In this document: positions 25,525-34,999 of the stretch, piece by piece
Position numbering within the stretch: the stretch's first letter is position 1
Layout: each line of letters starts with the position of its first letter
Origin: an uncultured Clostridia bacterium
Lineage (GTDB): Bacteria; Bacillota; Clostridia; Oscillospirales; Acutalibacteraceae
Assembly: GCA_945869905.1 (NCBI GenBank)
Contig: CAMBQD010000001.1
Coordinates: forward strand, 1 to 35,019
Direction: 5' to 3'
Length of the DNA stretch: 35,019 nucleotides
Translations under genes and position numbers: made by a program
The notes under the pieces: generated by a model
Database searches by the model: none
Seen by the model: only the letters and a program-made list of their open reading frames with translations
Told to the model about the DNA's origin: nothing

Positions 25525-25557
25525 ATAAAGACTTTCTCATAGTGAGAAAGTCTTTAT
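25525..25557 (-). terminator. Intrinsic terminator after rsmG
   Basis: Perfect 15-bp stem ATAAAGACTTTCTCA-TAG-TGAGAAAGTCTTTAT. Confidence 0.75.
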
Positions 25558-25578
25558 CTTCGACATATATTTATTTGA

Positions 25579-26289
25579 TTAGAGTGGGCGGGTATCAATT
25601 TTTTTTGACTTTCGCGGATATTTTGTCGGAGTCTGCGAAATCTTTTTTATAATAATCAATGTTCTTTTGTCACCGTTTGGCAAGGTGTATTCCTCAAACT
25701 GCTCAAGGGCTCCGCCTAAGGTCTTAATTGCCGTTCTTGCCTGATGTAATTCCTCATTTCCTGTTGAGCCTTTCAGTGAAACAAAGAAGCCTCCCACCTT
25801 AACCAACGGCAGGCAATATTCGCACAGGACATTAAGCGGTGCAACCGCTCTTGCAGTAGCAAAATCATATGATTCACGGTGCTCTGCGTCCCTGCCGATT
25901 TCTTCGGCACGGATATGAGTTGCCTGACCGATTAATCCTGTGTTACGCAAAACATCCTTAATAAATCCAAGCTTTTTTCCAATGCTGTCAACAAAGTTAA
26001 CCTCAAGCTCGGGATTTGCTATCAGCAGGGGAAGTCCAGGAAAACCTCCTCCCGTTCCCACATCGATAAGCTTTTTCCCTTTTTCCATATGTATAAACCT
26101 TAAAGGATAAAGGCTGTCTATAAAATGCTTTATAACAATATCGTCAGGCTCGGTTATTGCAGTTAAGTTAACGTGTTCGTTCCACCTGACAAGCCGTTCC
26201 GCGTAAACATCAAACCTGTCAATCGCATAGTAGTTAAGATGCACTCCCAGCTTTTGTGCCTCTTCTTTTAATAATTCGTCATTAATCAT
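25579..26289 (-). CDS. rsmG: 16S rRNA m7G527 methyltransferase (GidB)
   Basis: WNEHVNLTAI, KHFIDSL, DVGTGGGFPG, RAEE, ARAVA, TPTKYPR. Confidence 0.96.
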   Translation of the reverse strand: MINDELLKEEAQKLGVHLNYYAIDRFDVYAERLVRWNEHVNLTAITEPDDIVIKHFIDSLYPLRFIHMEKGKKLIDVGTGGGFPGLPLLIANPELEVNFVDSIGKKLGFIKDVLRNTGLIGQATHIRAEEIGRDAEHRESYDFATARAVAPLNVLCEYCLPLVKVGGFFVSLKGSTGNEELHQARTAIKTLGGALEQFEEYTLPNGDKRTLIIIKKISQTPTKYPRKSKKIDTRPL

Positions 26290-28151
26290 AATGTCTCCAA
26301 TATTATGTTAAGCGCCGCTATGTCAGCAGGGTTAACGCCGCTTATTCTGCTTGCCTGACCCAAATTTTCAGGACGTATTTTTGATAGCTTTTCAATTGCC
26401 TCAAGTCTTAATCCCTTAAGTGAGCCGTAATCAATGTCCTTTGGTATCCTTTTACACTCAATTCGGCGCATTTCCTTAATTTGCTGTTCCTGCCGTGCAA
26501 TATATCCCTCATATTTAACTGCAATCTCCACCTGCTCAAAAATCTCCTTGGGCAAATCCGGTCGGTCATCGTCAACAGGAGTAAGTGCCTTATATGTAAC
26601 CTGAGGACGTTTAATAAGCTCAATCATTTTACAACCGCGTTCAAGGGGAGATGTGTTGCAGTCAATAAGGATTTTTTGCAGAGAGTCCGTCAAAGGAATG
26701 GATTTCTCCGTAATTCGCTTAAGCTCTTCCTTAACTTTTTCCTGCTTTAATAAAAATTTATCATATCTTTGCTGAGAAATCAATCCTATTTTGTAGCCTG
26801 TGGGTGTTAATCTCACATCAGCATTGTCCTGCCTGAGCACCAAACGGTACTCACTGCGGCTGGTCATCATACGATATGGGTCGGTACAGCCCTTGGTAAC
26901 AAGGTCGTCAATAAGAGTACCGATATATGAGCCTCCGCGGTCAAGAATCATAGGCTCCTCACCCTTTATTTTAAGAGCGGCATTAATTCCTGCCACAAGT
27001 CCCTGTGCCGCCGCCTCCTCATATCCGCTGGAGCCGTTAAACTGACCTGCGCCGTATAATCCCTCAAAATCGTAAAACTCCAGGGTTGCCTTCAGTGCAG
27101 TTGGGTCAACACAGTCATACTCTATTGCATATGCGGTACGCATAACCATTGCATTTTCAAGTCCCGGTATTGTATGTATAAATTTAATCTGAACATCCTC
27201 CGGAAGAGAGGAGGACAGACCCTGTAAATACATTTCCTCAGTATTAAGTCCGCAGGGCTCAATAAAAAGCTGGTGGCGCTTTTTGTCTGCAAAACGAACT
27301 ATTTTATCCTCAAAGCTGGGACAATATCTTGGCCCCTTGCCCTCGATTTTTCCCGAATACATAGGGCTTCTGTGAAGATTATCAAGTATAACCTGCTTTG
27401 TTTTTTCGTTGGTATAGGTAATGTGACAGCTAACCTTGTTTTCAGGGGGAGTATCAGTGTCAAAGCTAAAGGGTACCGTTTCCTCGTCACCCTCCTGCAC
27501 CTCAAGGTTGGTAAAATCAATGGATTTTCTGTTTACTCTGGCAGGCGTGCCTGTCTTAAATCTACGCAAGGGAATATTCATTTTTTTCAGCGCTGCCGCC
27601 AAATCAACGGCAGGGAACATTCCGTCAGGTCCGCTTTCATAGGAAACATCACCGATATAAACACGTCCGCCTAAAAATGTGCCCGTTGCAATAATCACTG
27701 CCTTTGCGGTGAACAGTGCCTCCAGCTTTGTTTCAACCTGCCACAAGCCGTTATCAAGCTTAACCAAATCAACAATTTCACCCTGACGAATGTCAAGATT
27801 TTCCTGCATCTCCAGTGTGTGCTTCATTCCTGCCGAGTATTCACGCCTGTCAATCTGGGCACGAAGGGAATGAACGGCAGGGCCCTTGCCTAAGTTAAGC
27901 ATACGGGACTGGAGAGAATACCTGTCCGCCGCCTTGCCCATTTCACCGCCAAGTGCGTCAATCTCCCTAACCAGATGTCCCTTAGAGGTTCCGCCGATTG
28001 ACGGATTACAGGGCATATTGCCAACCCAGTCAAGATTTATTGTAAATACCGCCGTTTTACAGCCAAGACGTGCCGCCGCCAAGCAAGCCTCAATCCCTGC
28101 ATGGCCGGCACCGATAACTATTACATCATATTCCTGTGAAAAATATTTCAT
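26286..28151 (-). CDS. mnmG: tRNA U34 modification enzyme MnmG (GidA)
   Basis: VIGAGHAG, CNPSIGG, RFKTGTP, GPRYCPS, AGQFNGSSGYEEAAAQG, SRSEYRL. Confidence 0.98.
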   Translation of the reverse strand: MKYFSQEYDVIVIGAGHAGIEACLAAARLGCKTAVFTINLDWVGNMPCNPSIGGTSKGHLVREIDALGGEMGKAADRYSLQSRMLNLGKGPAVHSLRAQIDRREYSAGMKHTLEMQENLDIRQGEIVDLVKLDNGLWQVETKLEALFTAKAVIIATGTFLGGRVYIGDVSYESGPDGMFPAVDLAAALKKMNIPLRRFKTGTPARVNRKSIDFTNLEVQEGDEETVPFSFDTDTPPENKVSCHITYTNEKTKQVILDNLHRSPMYSGKIEGKGPRYCPSFEDKIVRFADKKRHQLFIEPCGLNTEEMYLQGLSSSLPEDVQIKFIHTIPGLENAMVMRTAYAIEYDCVDPTALKATLEFYDFEGLYGAGQFNGSSGYEEAAAQGLVAGINAALKIKGEEPMILDRGGSYIGTLIDDLVTKGCTDPYRMMTSRSEYRLVLRQDNADVRLTPTGYKIGLISQQRYDKFLLKQEKVKEELKRITEKSIPLTDSLQKILIDCNTSPLERGCKMIELIKRPQVTYKALTPVDDDRPDLPKEIFEQVEIAVKYEGYIARQEQQIKEMRRIECKRIPKDIDYGSLKGLRLEAIEKLSKIRPENLGQASRISGVNPADIAALNIILETL

Positions 28152-28244
28152 TCTAACTCTCTGTCCTTAGTTAACGTAAATAATGAACCATTGTTTATAG
28201 TGGCACATATTGCCCTTACTTATTGTTAAAATACTCGTTAATCC

Positions 28245-29609
28245 TTACTTGCCTACACAAAATCTGCTGAAAATATTGTTTACTACTTCCTCTGTTGCTT
28301 TTTTTCCGGTCAGTGAAAGCAGCTCGTCAATTGCACTGTCAATCATAACATTGATTGCGTCATAGGTAATGCCCGTTTCGGCTCCGTCAAGTGCCTTGCA
28401 TATATGCTCATAAGCATTTGAAACGCACAGCTTTTGGCGCTTGTTTGCAAGTATGGGCTGAGAAGAATCAAAATTCTCCACTCCCAGTAATTCCTTAACC
28501 GCCTGTTCAAGCTCCCTTGCGCCTTCGTTATTTTTTGCGCTGATAAACACCGCTTTTTCAAATTCCTTATTTATTATATCCAAATCAATTTTGCTGTCCA
28601 AATCTGTTTTGTTGATAACGGCAACACATGGCTTGCCCTTGCAGGCGTCAATAATCATCCTGTCGTCATCATTAAGCCGGCAGGAGCTGTCAAACACTGC
28701 CAAAATCAGCGACGCACTGTTGATTTTTTCAAGGGCTTTTTTTATGCCGATGGACTCCACAACATCTTCGCTTTCTCTTATTCCGGCAGTGTCGGAAAGA
28801 TGTAAAACCATATTTCCAAGCCTTACGGAATTTTCCACAATATCACGTGTTGTTCCCTCAATATGAGTAACAATGCTCTTTTCCGTGCCTGAAAGCATAT
28901 TCATTAATGTGGACTTGCCTGCATTCGGTCTGCCCACAATTGCGGTGTCAACACCCTGAGTCATAACAATTCCGTTTTCATAATTTTTCAGTAAATTGTT
29001 AAGAGACTGCTTTGCGTTTAACAGAATTTCCTTCAGCCTGTCCTCCTGCAAATCCTCAATTTCCTCATCAGGATAATCAACCCACGCCGCCATAGAGGCA
29101 CTGCAATTAATCAGCTCCTCCATAACCGATGAAATTTTATTGCTCAAAGAACCCTGCAGTAAATTGAAGGACGCCCTTGCCGCCTCCTGACCCTGAGCAG
29201 AAATCAGCGCCGCAACACCCTCTGCCTGAGTCAAATCAATTTTTCCGTTTAAAAACGCACGCTTTGTAAACTCGCCTGCCTGTGCAGGCACTGCACCTGC
29301 GGCAAACACTGCCTCCAAGGTTTTTTCAACAATAAAAATTCCGCCGTGGACGGAAAGCTCCACAACATCCTCACCGGTATAGCTTTTGGGATTTCTGAAC
29401 ACAAGGGCAACTGCATTGTCAAAGCTTTCGCCGTGGCAGTAAACATTGCCGTACTTGGCGGTATATCCCTTAAGCTGAGTCAGAGGCGTTCCGTCCATTG
29501 CTTTAAAAACCCTTTGTGCAATTTCAATTGCGTTGTCGCCGCTGATACGTATAACACCGATACCCGAAACACTGTTTCCCGTGGCAACTGCCGCAATGGT
29601 TTTTGACAT
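28245..29609 (-). CDS. mnmE: tRNA modification GTPase MnmE (TrmE)
   Basis: SYTGED, GEFTKRAFLNGKIDL, GRPNAGKS, GTTRD, DTAG, NKTD, C-terminal FCVGK. Confidence 0.98.
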   Translation of the reverse strand: MSKTIAAVATGNSVSGIGVIRISGDNAIEIAQRVFKAMDGTPLTQLKGYTAKYGNVYCHGESFDNAVALVFRNPKSYTGEDVVELSVHGGIFIVEKTLEAVFAAGAVPAQAGEFTKRAFLNGKIDLTQAEGVAALISAQGQEAARASFNLLQGSLSNKISSVMEELINCSASMAAWVDYPDEEIEDLQEDRLKEILLNAKQSLNNLLKNYENGIVMTQGVDTAIVGRPNAGKSTLMNMLSGTEKSIVTHIEGTTRDIVENSVRLGNMVLHLSDTAGIRESEDVVESIGIKKALEKINSASLILAVFDSSCRLNDDDRMIIDACKGKPCVAVINKTDLDSKIDLDIINKEFEKAVFISAKNNEGARELEQAVKELLGVENFDSSQPILANKRQKLCVSNAYEHICKALDGAETGITYDAINVMIDSAIDELLSLTGKKATEEVVNNIFSRFCVGK

Positions 29610-29642
29610 AACGATACACCTCCGAATATAAATATAAACACA

Positions 29643-29670
29643 AAATGGTGGACATACAAGTCCACCATTT
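29643..29670 (-). terminator. Hairpin / probable terminator between jag and mnmE
   Basis: AAATGGTGGAC-ATACAA-GTCCACCATTT. Confidence 0.6.
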
Positions 29671-29698
29671 CCTCCGTTTTAATAATAAAACAATTTTA

Positions 29699-30619
29699 TT
29701 AATCTTTGTTAACCTCTATTTTTCCGAATTTCGGAATATCTGCGCGGTCAACCTTCTTTTCACGGTTAGGGTCAGGCTTGGCAGGTGAATAGCTGCTGCG
29801 ACCGTTTCCTCTCCTGCCGCCGCGGTTACCTGAGTATTTTACTCCGCCCTCCGGCTCGATAAGCACCTTTCTGTCCATACCGTTACCTACAGAACGTGAT
29901 GTTGCACCCTCAACCTCCTGAACTGCCGTATGAATTATTCTTCTCTCATAAGGGTTCATTGGCTCAAAGCTGTATCTTCTGCCTGTTCTTACAACATAGT
30001 TAGCATTCTTAATTGCAAGAGCCTTAAGGGTTTCCTCTCTCCTTGCTCTGTAGTCGCCGACGTTTAATGTAACACGTACATATTTGTCGGTAGCTTTTTT
30101 AATAGCAAGGCTTGTAAGATATTGAAGAGCGTCCAGAGTTTCACCTCTGCGTCCGATGATAATGCCGTAGTCATCACAGTCTACGTCAACCTCAACTACT
30201 CCGTCAACAATCTTTGCCGTAATTTTTGCGTCCTCAACCTTAAAACCGTCAATCATTGTTTTAAGATATTCGCAAACATAATCTAAATCGATATCACCAT
30301 CGCTGATTGTGTCATGCTCCTCCTTAATTTCCTTTTTTGGCTGAGCATCCTTTTTCTGAATTTCCGGCTTTTTTTCAGCAGGCTTTTTTGCAGGTGCAGG
30401 CTTGCTCTTTTTTGGCTTAGGCTTTTTCTCCCTTTTGCCGTCGTCATAGCTTGCCTTAACCTGTGCATCACAGCCGCCGAATAAGCCGAGAATTTTTTTC
30501 TTAGGCATTGCAACAATTTCAATCTTAACATCTGCTGTCATCGGTGCGTTAAGACCTGTTTTTGCCGCAAGGGTTGCCTCCTCGATAGTTTTACCGGTGC
30601 CGATAAATTCCTTTATCAT
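29699..30619 (-). CDS. jag: RNA-binding protein Jag/EloR/KhpB (Jag-N, KH, R3H)
   Basis: GKTIEEA, KKILGLFG, IIGRRGETLDALQYL, PMNPYERRIIH. Confidence 0.95.
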   Translation of the reverse strand: MIKEFIGTGKTIEEATLAAKTGLNAPMTADVKIEIVAMPKKKILGLFGGCDAQVKASYDDGKREKKPKPKKSKPAPAKKPAEKKPEIQKKDAQPKKEIKEEHDTISDGDIDLDYVCEYLKTMIDGFKVEDAKITAKIVDGVVEVDVDCDDYGIIIGRRGETLDALQYLTSLAIKKATDKYVRVTLNVGDYRARREETLKALAIKNANYVVRTGRRYSFEPMNPYERRIIHTAVQEVEGATSRSVGNGMDRKVLIEPEGGVKYSGNRGGRRGNGRSSYSPAKPDPNREKKVDRADIPKFGKIEVNKD

Positions 30620-30634
30620 ATAATCCTCCGATAA

Positions 30635-31642
30635 TTACTTAATTTTCTTAACATTTTCCTCACGGGAACGGCGCTCAATAGTGTTTTCAACCATAAGCCT
30701 TGCCTGTGTTTTCCTTGGGGGATATTGTTTGAAAATGAAAATTTGCTGCAATATTGCAACAAGATTTGAAATAATCCAATAAAAACCTACTGCCGCAGTA
30801 ACCTTAAATGAGATGTAAAATGAGAAAAACGGCATCAATAACATCATCATCATCATTGAAGCCATCTGCTGTCCTGCAGCCGGATTGTTTTTCTTCTGAA
30901 TTATTGTGGAAACAATGCTTGAACCAAGTGATGTCAAAAGACAAAGAATAGGAATTATAACAATAATTCCGTCCTTCCAATGAGGCACAGCAGTCATATC
31001 AAGTCCAAACAAATTCATACCCTGACGGTATACGGATATAGCCTCGCACTTTTCTGCGGTGAACATATCCGGAAAGTTGGTCATCAGCGCGTCCCTATAT
31101 GCGTCAAAGTTTTCCAAAATATTAAGCTGGAAATAGGTTATCTTCGCGTCTGGATTACCGGTAATTTGCTGATAAATAGGCAAAATTACGTCATAAATTG
31201 CCTGTGAGCTATCGTTAAAGCCGTGAATACCGAGAACATACGGCAACGGATAATAGATAATACCGATAATACCCATAAGAAATACCATTTGGAAAAGCAT
31301 AGGTCCGCATCCCATATTCATAGGATTGTGACCCTCCCTTGCATAAAGGTCCTGCATTTCCTCATTAAGCTTATTTCTGTCCTTTGGGTCAGGATATTTT
31401 TTCTGTAATTTTTGAATTTTTGGCTGAAGTCTTGTGGTCTTTGCCATTGTCTTTTGCTGTTTGACATTCAGCGGTAAAAGTAAAAGGCGTGTAACAACAG
31501 TGAAAATTACTATTGCTAAAAAATATTGGTTGCCCAATACTTCCATAAGAAGACTCATACATTTACCGAATAGCCAATAGAGAGGCTTAAACACTGCAAT
31601 ACCGTTAGAAACGGCGCTTGTAACAAGTAATAAACTATTCAT
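30635..31642 (-). CDS. yidC: YidC/Oxa1 membrane protein insertase
   Basis: [44 protein letters not shown]; syntenic position. Confidence 0.93.
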   Translation of the reverse strand: MNSLLLVTSAVSNGIAVFKPLYWLFGKCMSLLMEVLGNQYFLAIVIFTVVTRLLLLPLNVKQQKTMAKTTRLQPKIQKLQKKYPDPKDRNKLNEEMQDLYAREGHNPMNMGCGPMLFQMVFLMGIIGIIYYPLPYVLGIHGFNDSSQAIYDVILPIYQQITGNPDAKITYFQLNILENFDAYRDALMTNFPDMFTAEKCEAISVYRQGMNLFGLDMTAVPHWKDGIIVIIPILCLLTSLGSSIVSTIIQKKNNPAAGQQMASMMMMMLLMPFFSFYISFKVTAAVGFYWIISNLVAILQQIFIFKQYPPRKTQARLMVENTIERRSREENVKKIK

Positions 31643-31890
31643 TGGTTATCCTCTTTATTTTTCCTTGGGGGCACAGGGTCCCAGCCACCCTTACAAAACG
31701 GATTACACCTTATTATCCGCCATATCGCCAGCATACTGCCCTTGAAAATTCCGTGAATTTCAATTGCCTCTATTGCGTACTGCGAGCAGGTGGGTGTATA
31801 GCGGCAGCTGCCGTGAGAAAATCTCGGACTGATTGTCATCTGATATGTCCTGATTAAAAATATTATTGCTTTTTTTATTAGCTTTTTCAA
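31639..31890 (-). CDS. yidD: Membrane protein insertion efficiency factor
   Basis: [34 protein letters not shown]. Confidence 0.95.
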   Translation of the reverse strand: MKKLIKKAIIFLIRTYQMTISPRFSHGSCRYTPTCSQYAIEAIEIHGIFKGSMLAIWRIIRCNPFCKGGWDPVPPRKNKEDNQ

Positions 31891-32219
31891 TTCAGCACTC
31901 CCAGCTTAACAAGTTGCTCCTCCATCTGCCTTTGAACCTCCTGCATTTTAACCTCTGCAGTTCTTGTCCTGGCAACAAAAACAATATCGTAGCTGCCGTT
32001 AAGCCTGCCTTCATATTGGCTGAAAGCGGCGCGAATAAGCCTTCTGGCTCTGTTGCGTTTAACGGCATTGCCGATTTTTTTTCCACTGGTTATTCCCACT
32101 CTGGTTTCACCCAGGCGGTTTTTCATTGCATAGGTTACAAGGCAGGACGCGGCGTCGCTTTTGCCTCTGTAATACAGGCGGCGAAAATCCTTGTTTTCCT
32201 TCAGGGTTTTGCTTTTCAC
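31887..32219 (-). CDS. rnpA: Ribonuclease P protein component
   Basis: [35 protein letters not shown]. Confidence 0.95.
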   Translation of the reverse strand: MKSKTLKENKDFRRLYYRGKSDAASCLVTYAMKNRLGETRVGITSGKKIGNAVKRNRARRLIRAAFSQYEGRLNGSYDIVFVARTRTAEVKMQEVQRQMEEQLVKLGVLN

Positions 32220-32240
32220 CTAATCACTCCCAATCGGTAA

Positions 32241-32375
32241 TTAGTAAGAAAGCTTCTTTCTGCCCTTTGCACGACGGCGGGCAAGTACCTTTCTACCATT
32301 TTTTGTTGACATTCTCTTTCTGAAACCGTGTTCCATCTTTGCATGTCTTTTCTTAGGCTGGAAAGTTCTTTTCAT
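32241..32375 (-). CDS. rpmH: 50S ribosomal protein L34 (not in ORF track)
   Basis: Hand translation [44 protein letters not shown]; GGAGTG RBS. Confidence 0.98.
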   Translation of the reverse strand: MKRTFQPKKRHAKMEHGFRKRMSTKNGRKVLARRRAKGRKKLSY

Positions 32376-32485
32376 TTTTTTCACTCCATTCAAAAGACTA
32401 AACTCGTCTTAATCTTTTATAAACTCTGCACGGGTATAGTGCAGGCAATTGTCGATAGGGATACAACTCCACATTATCGTTTGAT

Positions 32486-32515
32486 ATTATATATTAAATA
32501 CTCACAGCTTGTCAA
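32486..32515 (-). promoter_or_regulatory. Putative sigma-A promoter of rpmH
   Basis: TTGACA-18-TATAAT on the - strand. Confidence 0.65.
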
Positions 32516-32532
32516 CAAAAAAATTATTATTC

Positions 32533-32561
32533 TTGTTTTTATTCTTATTATATATTATAAT
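32533..32561 (+). promoter_or_regulatory. Putative sigma-A promoter of mtnN
   Basis: TTGTTT-17-TATAAT in an AT-rich context. Confidence 0.45.
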
Positions 32562-32623
32562 AGCACTATATGTTGGGGAGTTACCGCTCCTTAACAACAA
32601 GAATATTTTTGTGAGGGATATTA

Positions 32624-33331
32624 ATGCTGGGAATTATCGGCGCAATGGACGTTGAAGTAAACGCAATTAAAGAAAGAGTTACAAACAAAACCACTGCCGT
32701 TATTGCAGGGGTTCAGTTTGTCTGCGGTTTTATTGAGGGGGTAACGGTCTGCGTTGCCCAATGCTCGCCGGGAAAGGTAAATGCCGCCCTTTGCACTCAG
32801 GCTATGATTGATAATTTTGACGTTGAAAAAATTATCAACGTGGGTGTTGGATGCTCGCTTTCCAAGGATGTGGTAATAAAAAATGTTGTAATTGCCACAG
32901 ATGTGTGCCAGTATGATATTGATATTACTGCTCTGGGTGAGCCCTTGGGCTTTATAAACGGACTTAACACCGTTAAAATTAAAACAGACCCTGAGCTTTC
33001 CGAAAGGCTGGCACGTACCGCAATTAACTACGGTGAAAAAATCCACAGGGGAACTATTGCCAGCGGCGACACCTTTATTGCCGACAATCGCCTTAAAGAA
33101 AAAATCACCGATAATTTCGGTGCCCTGTGCGGTGAAATGGAGGGCGGCGCCATAGGTCACACCTGTGCCGCCAACAATATTCCCTTTGCGGTTTTGCGCT
33201 CCATAAGTGACGGCGGTGACTTAAACGCACAGCTGGATTACCCCACATTTAAAAAAATCGCTGCGGAAATCTCCACAGCGATAATAGTTGAATATATTAA
33301 ATCCGAGCAAAATCAGCTTGCATTACTCTAA
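32624..33331 (+). CDS. mtnN: 5'-methylthioadenosine/S-adenosylhomocysteine nucleosidase
   Basis: GIIGAM..E, GKVNAA, IINVGVG, ASGDTFI, EMEGGAI, RSISD. Confidence 0.92.
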   Translation: MLGIIGAMDVEVNAIKERVTNKTTAVIAGVQFVCGFIEGVTVCVAQCSPGKVNAALCTQAMIDNFDVEKIINVGVGCSLSKDVVIKNVVIATDVCQYDIDITALGEPLGFINGLNTVKIKTDPELSERLARTAINYGEKIHRGTIASGDTFIADNRLKEKITDNFGALCGEMEGGAIGHTCAANNIPFAVLRSISDGGDLNAQLDYPTFKKIAAEISTAIIVEYIKSEQNQLALL

Positions 33332-33979
33332 ATAAAAGCTATTGAGTATAAGCTCCTCTGCCTGTTCGATAATTGAGTGAAGGGCGGTTTTTTCACTGAG
33401 GTCAGTGCCGGTGCGGGACTTGTCCTCAATAAAAACAAAGCGTGCGTCCTCAACTGCAATTGCGGCGGAGGCAAGCTCCCTTCCCAAGGTAAAATCAATC
33501 TTAAACATTTCCTTTGGCAGTATACCTGCCTTTGCCATTGTTAATGCACCGCGGTAAATGCAAAGGGTGTAATAATCATAAATATATTTGCTTGCGCCCT
33601 CGTCCTTTGCTCCGGCAACCATTTTCATTATCATATTTGACGCCTGCACCAAGGTCTGCACGGAGGAAACGTCTGTGCTGTCACCATCTGACATAAAGTT
33701 CATATCTACACCGTTGCGGTTTTCGCTGACGCCCAAAAGATAATCAGTGGTAACGCCGTAATATTCACTGCACTTGATAACAAAGTCCAGACCGCATTCC
33801 CTGATGCCCTTTTCATAGTGGCTTAAGAGCGCTTGGCTAATCCCCAAATCGCCTGATGCCTTCTTCTGACTTATCCCTCTTTCTTTTCTAAGCTGTGACA
33901 GCACCTGGGCAAATTTTGATATTTTTTCATTTTTCTGCTGTCTTGTCTGTTTGGTGGTGTCAATTGTATTACTTTCCAT
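33323..33979 (-). CDS. XRE-family HTH transcriptional regulator
   Basis: LRKERGISQKKASGDLGISQALLSHYEKG.RE...YYGVTTDYLLG; GGAGG RBS. Confidence 0.88.
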   Translation of the reverse strand: MESNTIDTTKQTRQQKNEKISKFAQVLSQLRKERGISQKKASGDLGISQALLSHYEKGIRECGLDFVIKCSEYYGVTTDYLLGVSENRNGVDMNFMSDGDSTDVSSVQTLVQASNMIMKMVAGAKDEGASKYIYDYYTLCIYRGALTMAKAGILPKEMFKIDFTLGRELASAAIAVEDARFVFIEDKSRTGTDLSEKTALHSIIEQAEELILNSFYLE

Positions 33980-33995
33980 TAATATTCCTCCGTTA

Positions 33996-34034
33996 TTACA
34001 AATAGTATTATATCACCGCAATACTATTTGTAAA
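33996..34034 (-). promoter_or_regulatory. 14-bp inverted repeat overlapping the XRE gene promoter
   Basis: TTACAAATAGTATT-10-AATACTATTTGTAA; the - strand reads TTTACA-16-TATAAT with extended -10 TG. Confidence 0.65.
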
Positions 34035-34093
34035 GTGAGAATTGCATTTTGTTAATTTATTGTAATATTTCGCATAAAAAGGAGCTTTTTCGT

Positions 34094-34729
34094 ATGAAAA
34101 CCTACACAATTTATCTTTTTAGACACGGACTCACCAAGGGAAACTTAAACGCACAGTATATTGGGCATACTGACCTTCCGCTTACTACAGATAGTATATC
34201 AGCTCTTAAAACAATTAAGGCGCATCAGCATTATCCAAAGGTAAATGCCGTATTTTCCTCTCCTCTTAAAAGATGTCTTGATTCTGCAAAAATTATGTTT
34301 CCCGAGAACAATGTTTTGGTAATTGACGATTTTATAGAATATAATTTCGGCGAATTTGAAGGCTTAACTGCCGAGGATTTAAAGGATAACGAGGATTTCA
34401 AAAATTGGCTGGGAGGCGACATATATGCCTCCACTCCCTTTGGCGAAAGCAATGCGCAGTTTGCCCATCGTGTTTGCGCCGCCTTTGAAAAGGTGATTGA
34501 CGGCTGTGTAAAAACAGGTGCAAATAATGTTGCAATTGTGGGCCACGCAGGTGTGCTTATGACAATTCTTTCCTGCTACGGCTTGCCGGAGGCACCAATG
34601 GCTCACTGGCAAATGGATGCCGGATACGGCTTTAAGCTAAGGTTAACGCCGTCACTTTGGATGAAGGCAAAAAAAATAGAGGTGGTTGATACCGCCCCTA
34701 CCTCATTAGAGGATTTAAATAAAGAATAA
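34094..34729 (+). CDS. Histidine phosphatase family protein (CobC/GpmB-like)
   Basis: LFRHG, GHTDLPL, SSPLKRC, EYNFGEFEG, GES, VGHAG; AGGAG RBS before ATG 34094. Confidence 0.9.
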   Translation: MKTYTIYLFRHGLTKGNLNAQYIGHTDLPLTTDSISALKTIKAHQHYPKVNAVFSSPLKRCLDSAKIMFPENNVLVIDDFIEYNFGEFEGLTAEDLKDNEDFKNWLGGDIYASTPFGESNAQFAHRVCAAFEKVIDGCVKTGANNVAIVGHAGVLMTILSCYGLPEAPMAHWQMDAGYGFKLRLTPSLWMKAKKIEVVDTAPTSLEDLNKE

Positions 34730-34748
34730 TAAAAGATTTGTGTATTTA

Positions 34749-34776
34749 AAAAGAGCAACCAAACGGTTGCTCTTTT
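34749..34776 (+). terminator. Intrinsic terminator
   Basis: AAAAGAGCAACC-AAAC-GGTTGCTCTTTT. Confidence 0.85.
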
Positions 34777-34780
34777 ATTC

Positions 34781-34946
34781 GGCGTGTAGAAAAAGTTCAA
34801 ACAACAAATTTCTACACGCCGGCAGACTTCGAGAAATGGAACTGAATTACGCTTTCTTGCGATAATTGCTGTACGATGGTACCGCTTTATCGCAAAAAGC
34901 GGAAAGTGCCTAAATGCGACTTGGATTCGATGTCCAAGCCGCATTT
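34781..34946. repeat. Structured dispersed repeat / candidate ncRNA, copy 2
   Basis: Collinear with 19564-19728, same orientation. Confidence 0.85.
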
Positions 34947-34975
34947 AAAATGTTAACTAATATGATTTATATCAC

Positions 34976-34999
34976 GGCAGGAGCAAGTCCCTGCCCTAC
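34976..34999 (-). repeat. GTAG-type REP-like palindrome
   Basis: The - strand reads GTAG-GGCAGG-GACTTGCT-CCTGCC. Confidence 0.6.

Noticed and set aside
32571-32596. SAM/SAH riboswitch upstream of mtnN
   Set aside because: Only one short hairpin (TGTTGGGGAG/CTCCTTAACA); no riboswitch consensus recognised.
32376-32623. oriC in the rpmH upstream spacer
   Set aside because: AT-rich, but no convincing DnaA boxes and no adjacent dnaA.
32621-33160. 179-aa antisense ORF over mtnN, and similar antisense ORFs over GH36, parB and mnmG
   Set aside because: Shadow frames of well-supported genes, with no independent evidence.
34094-34729. Calling the phosphatase cobC and linking it to the B12 operon
   Set aside because: Only generic histidine-phosphatase motifs; no cob genes or riboswitch adjacent.
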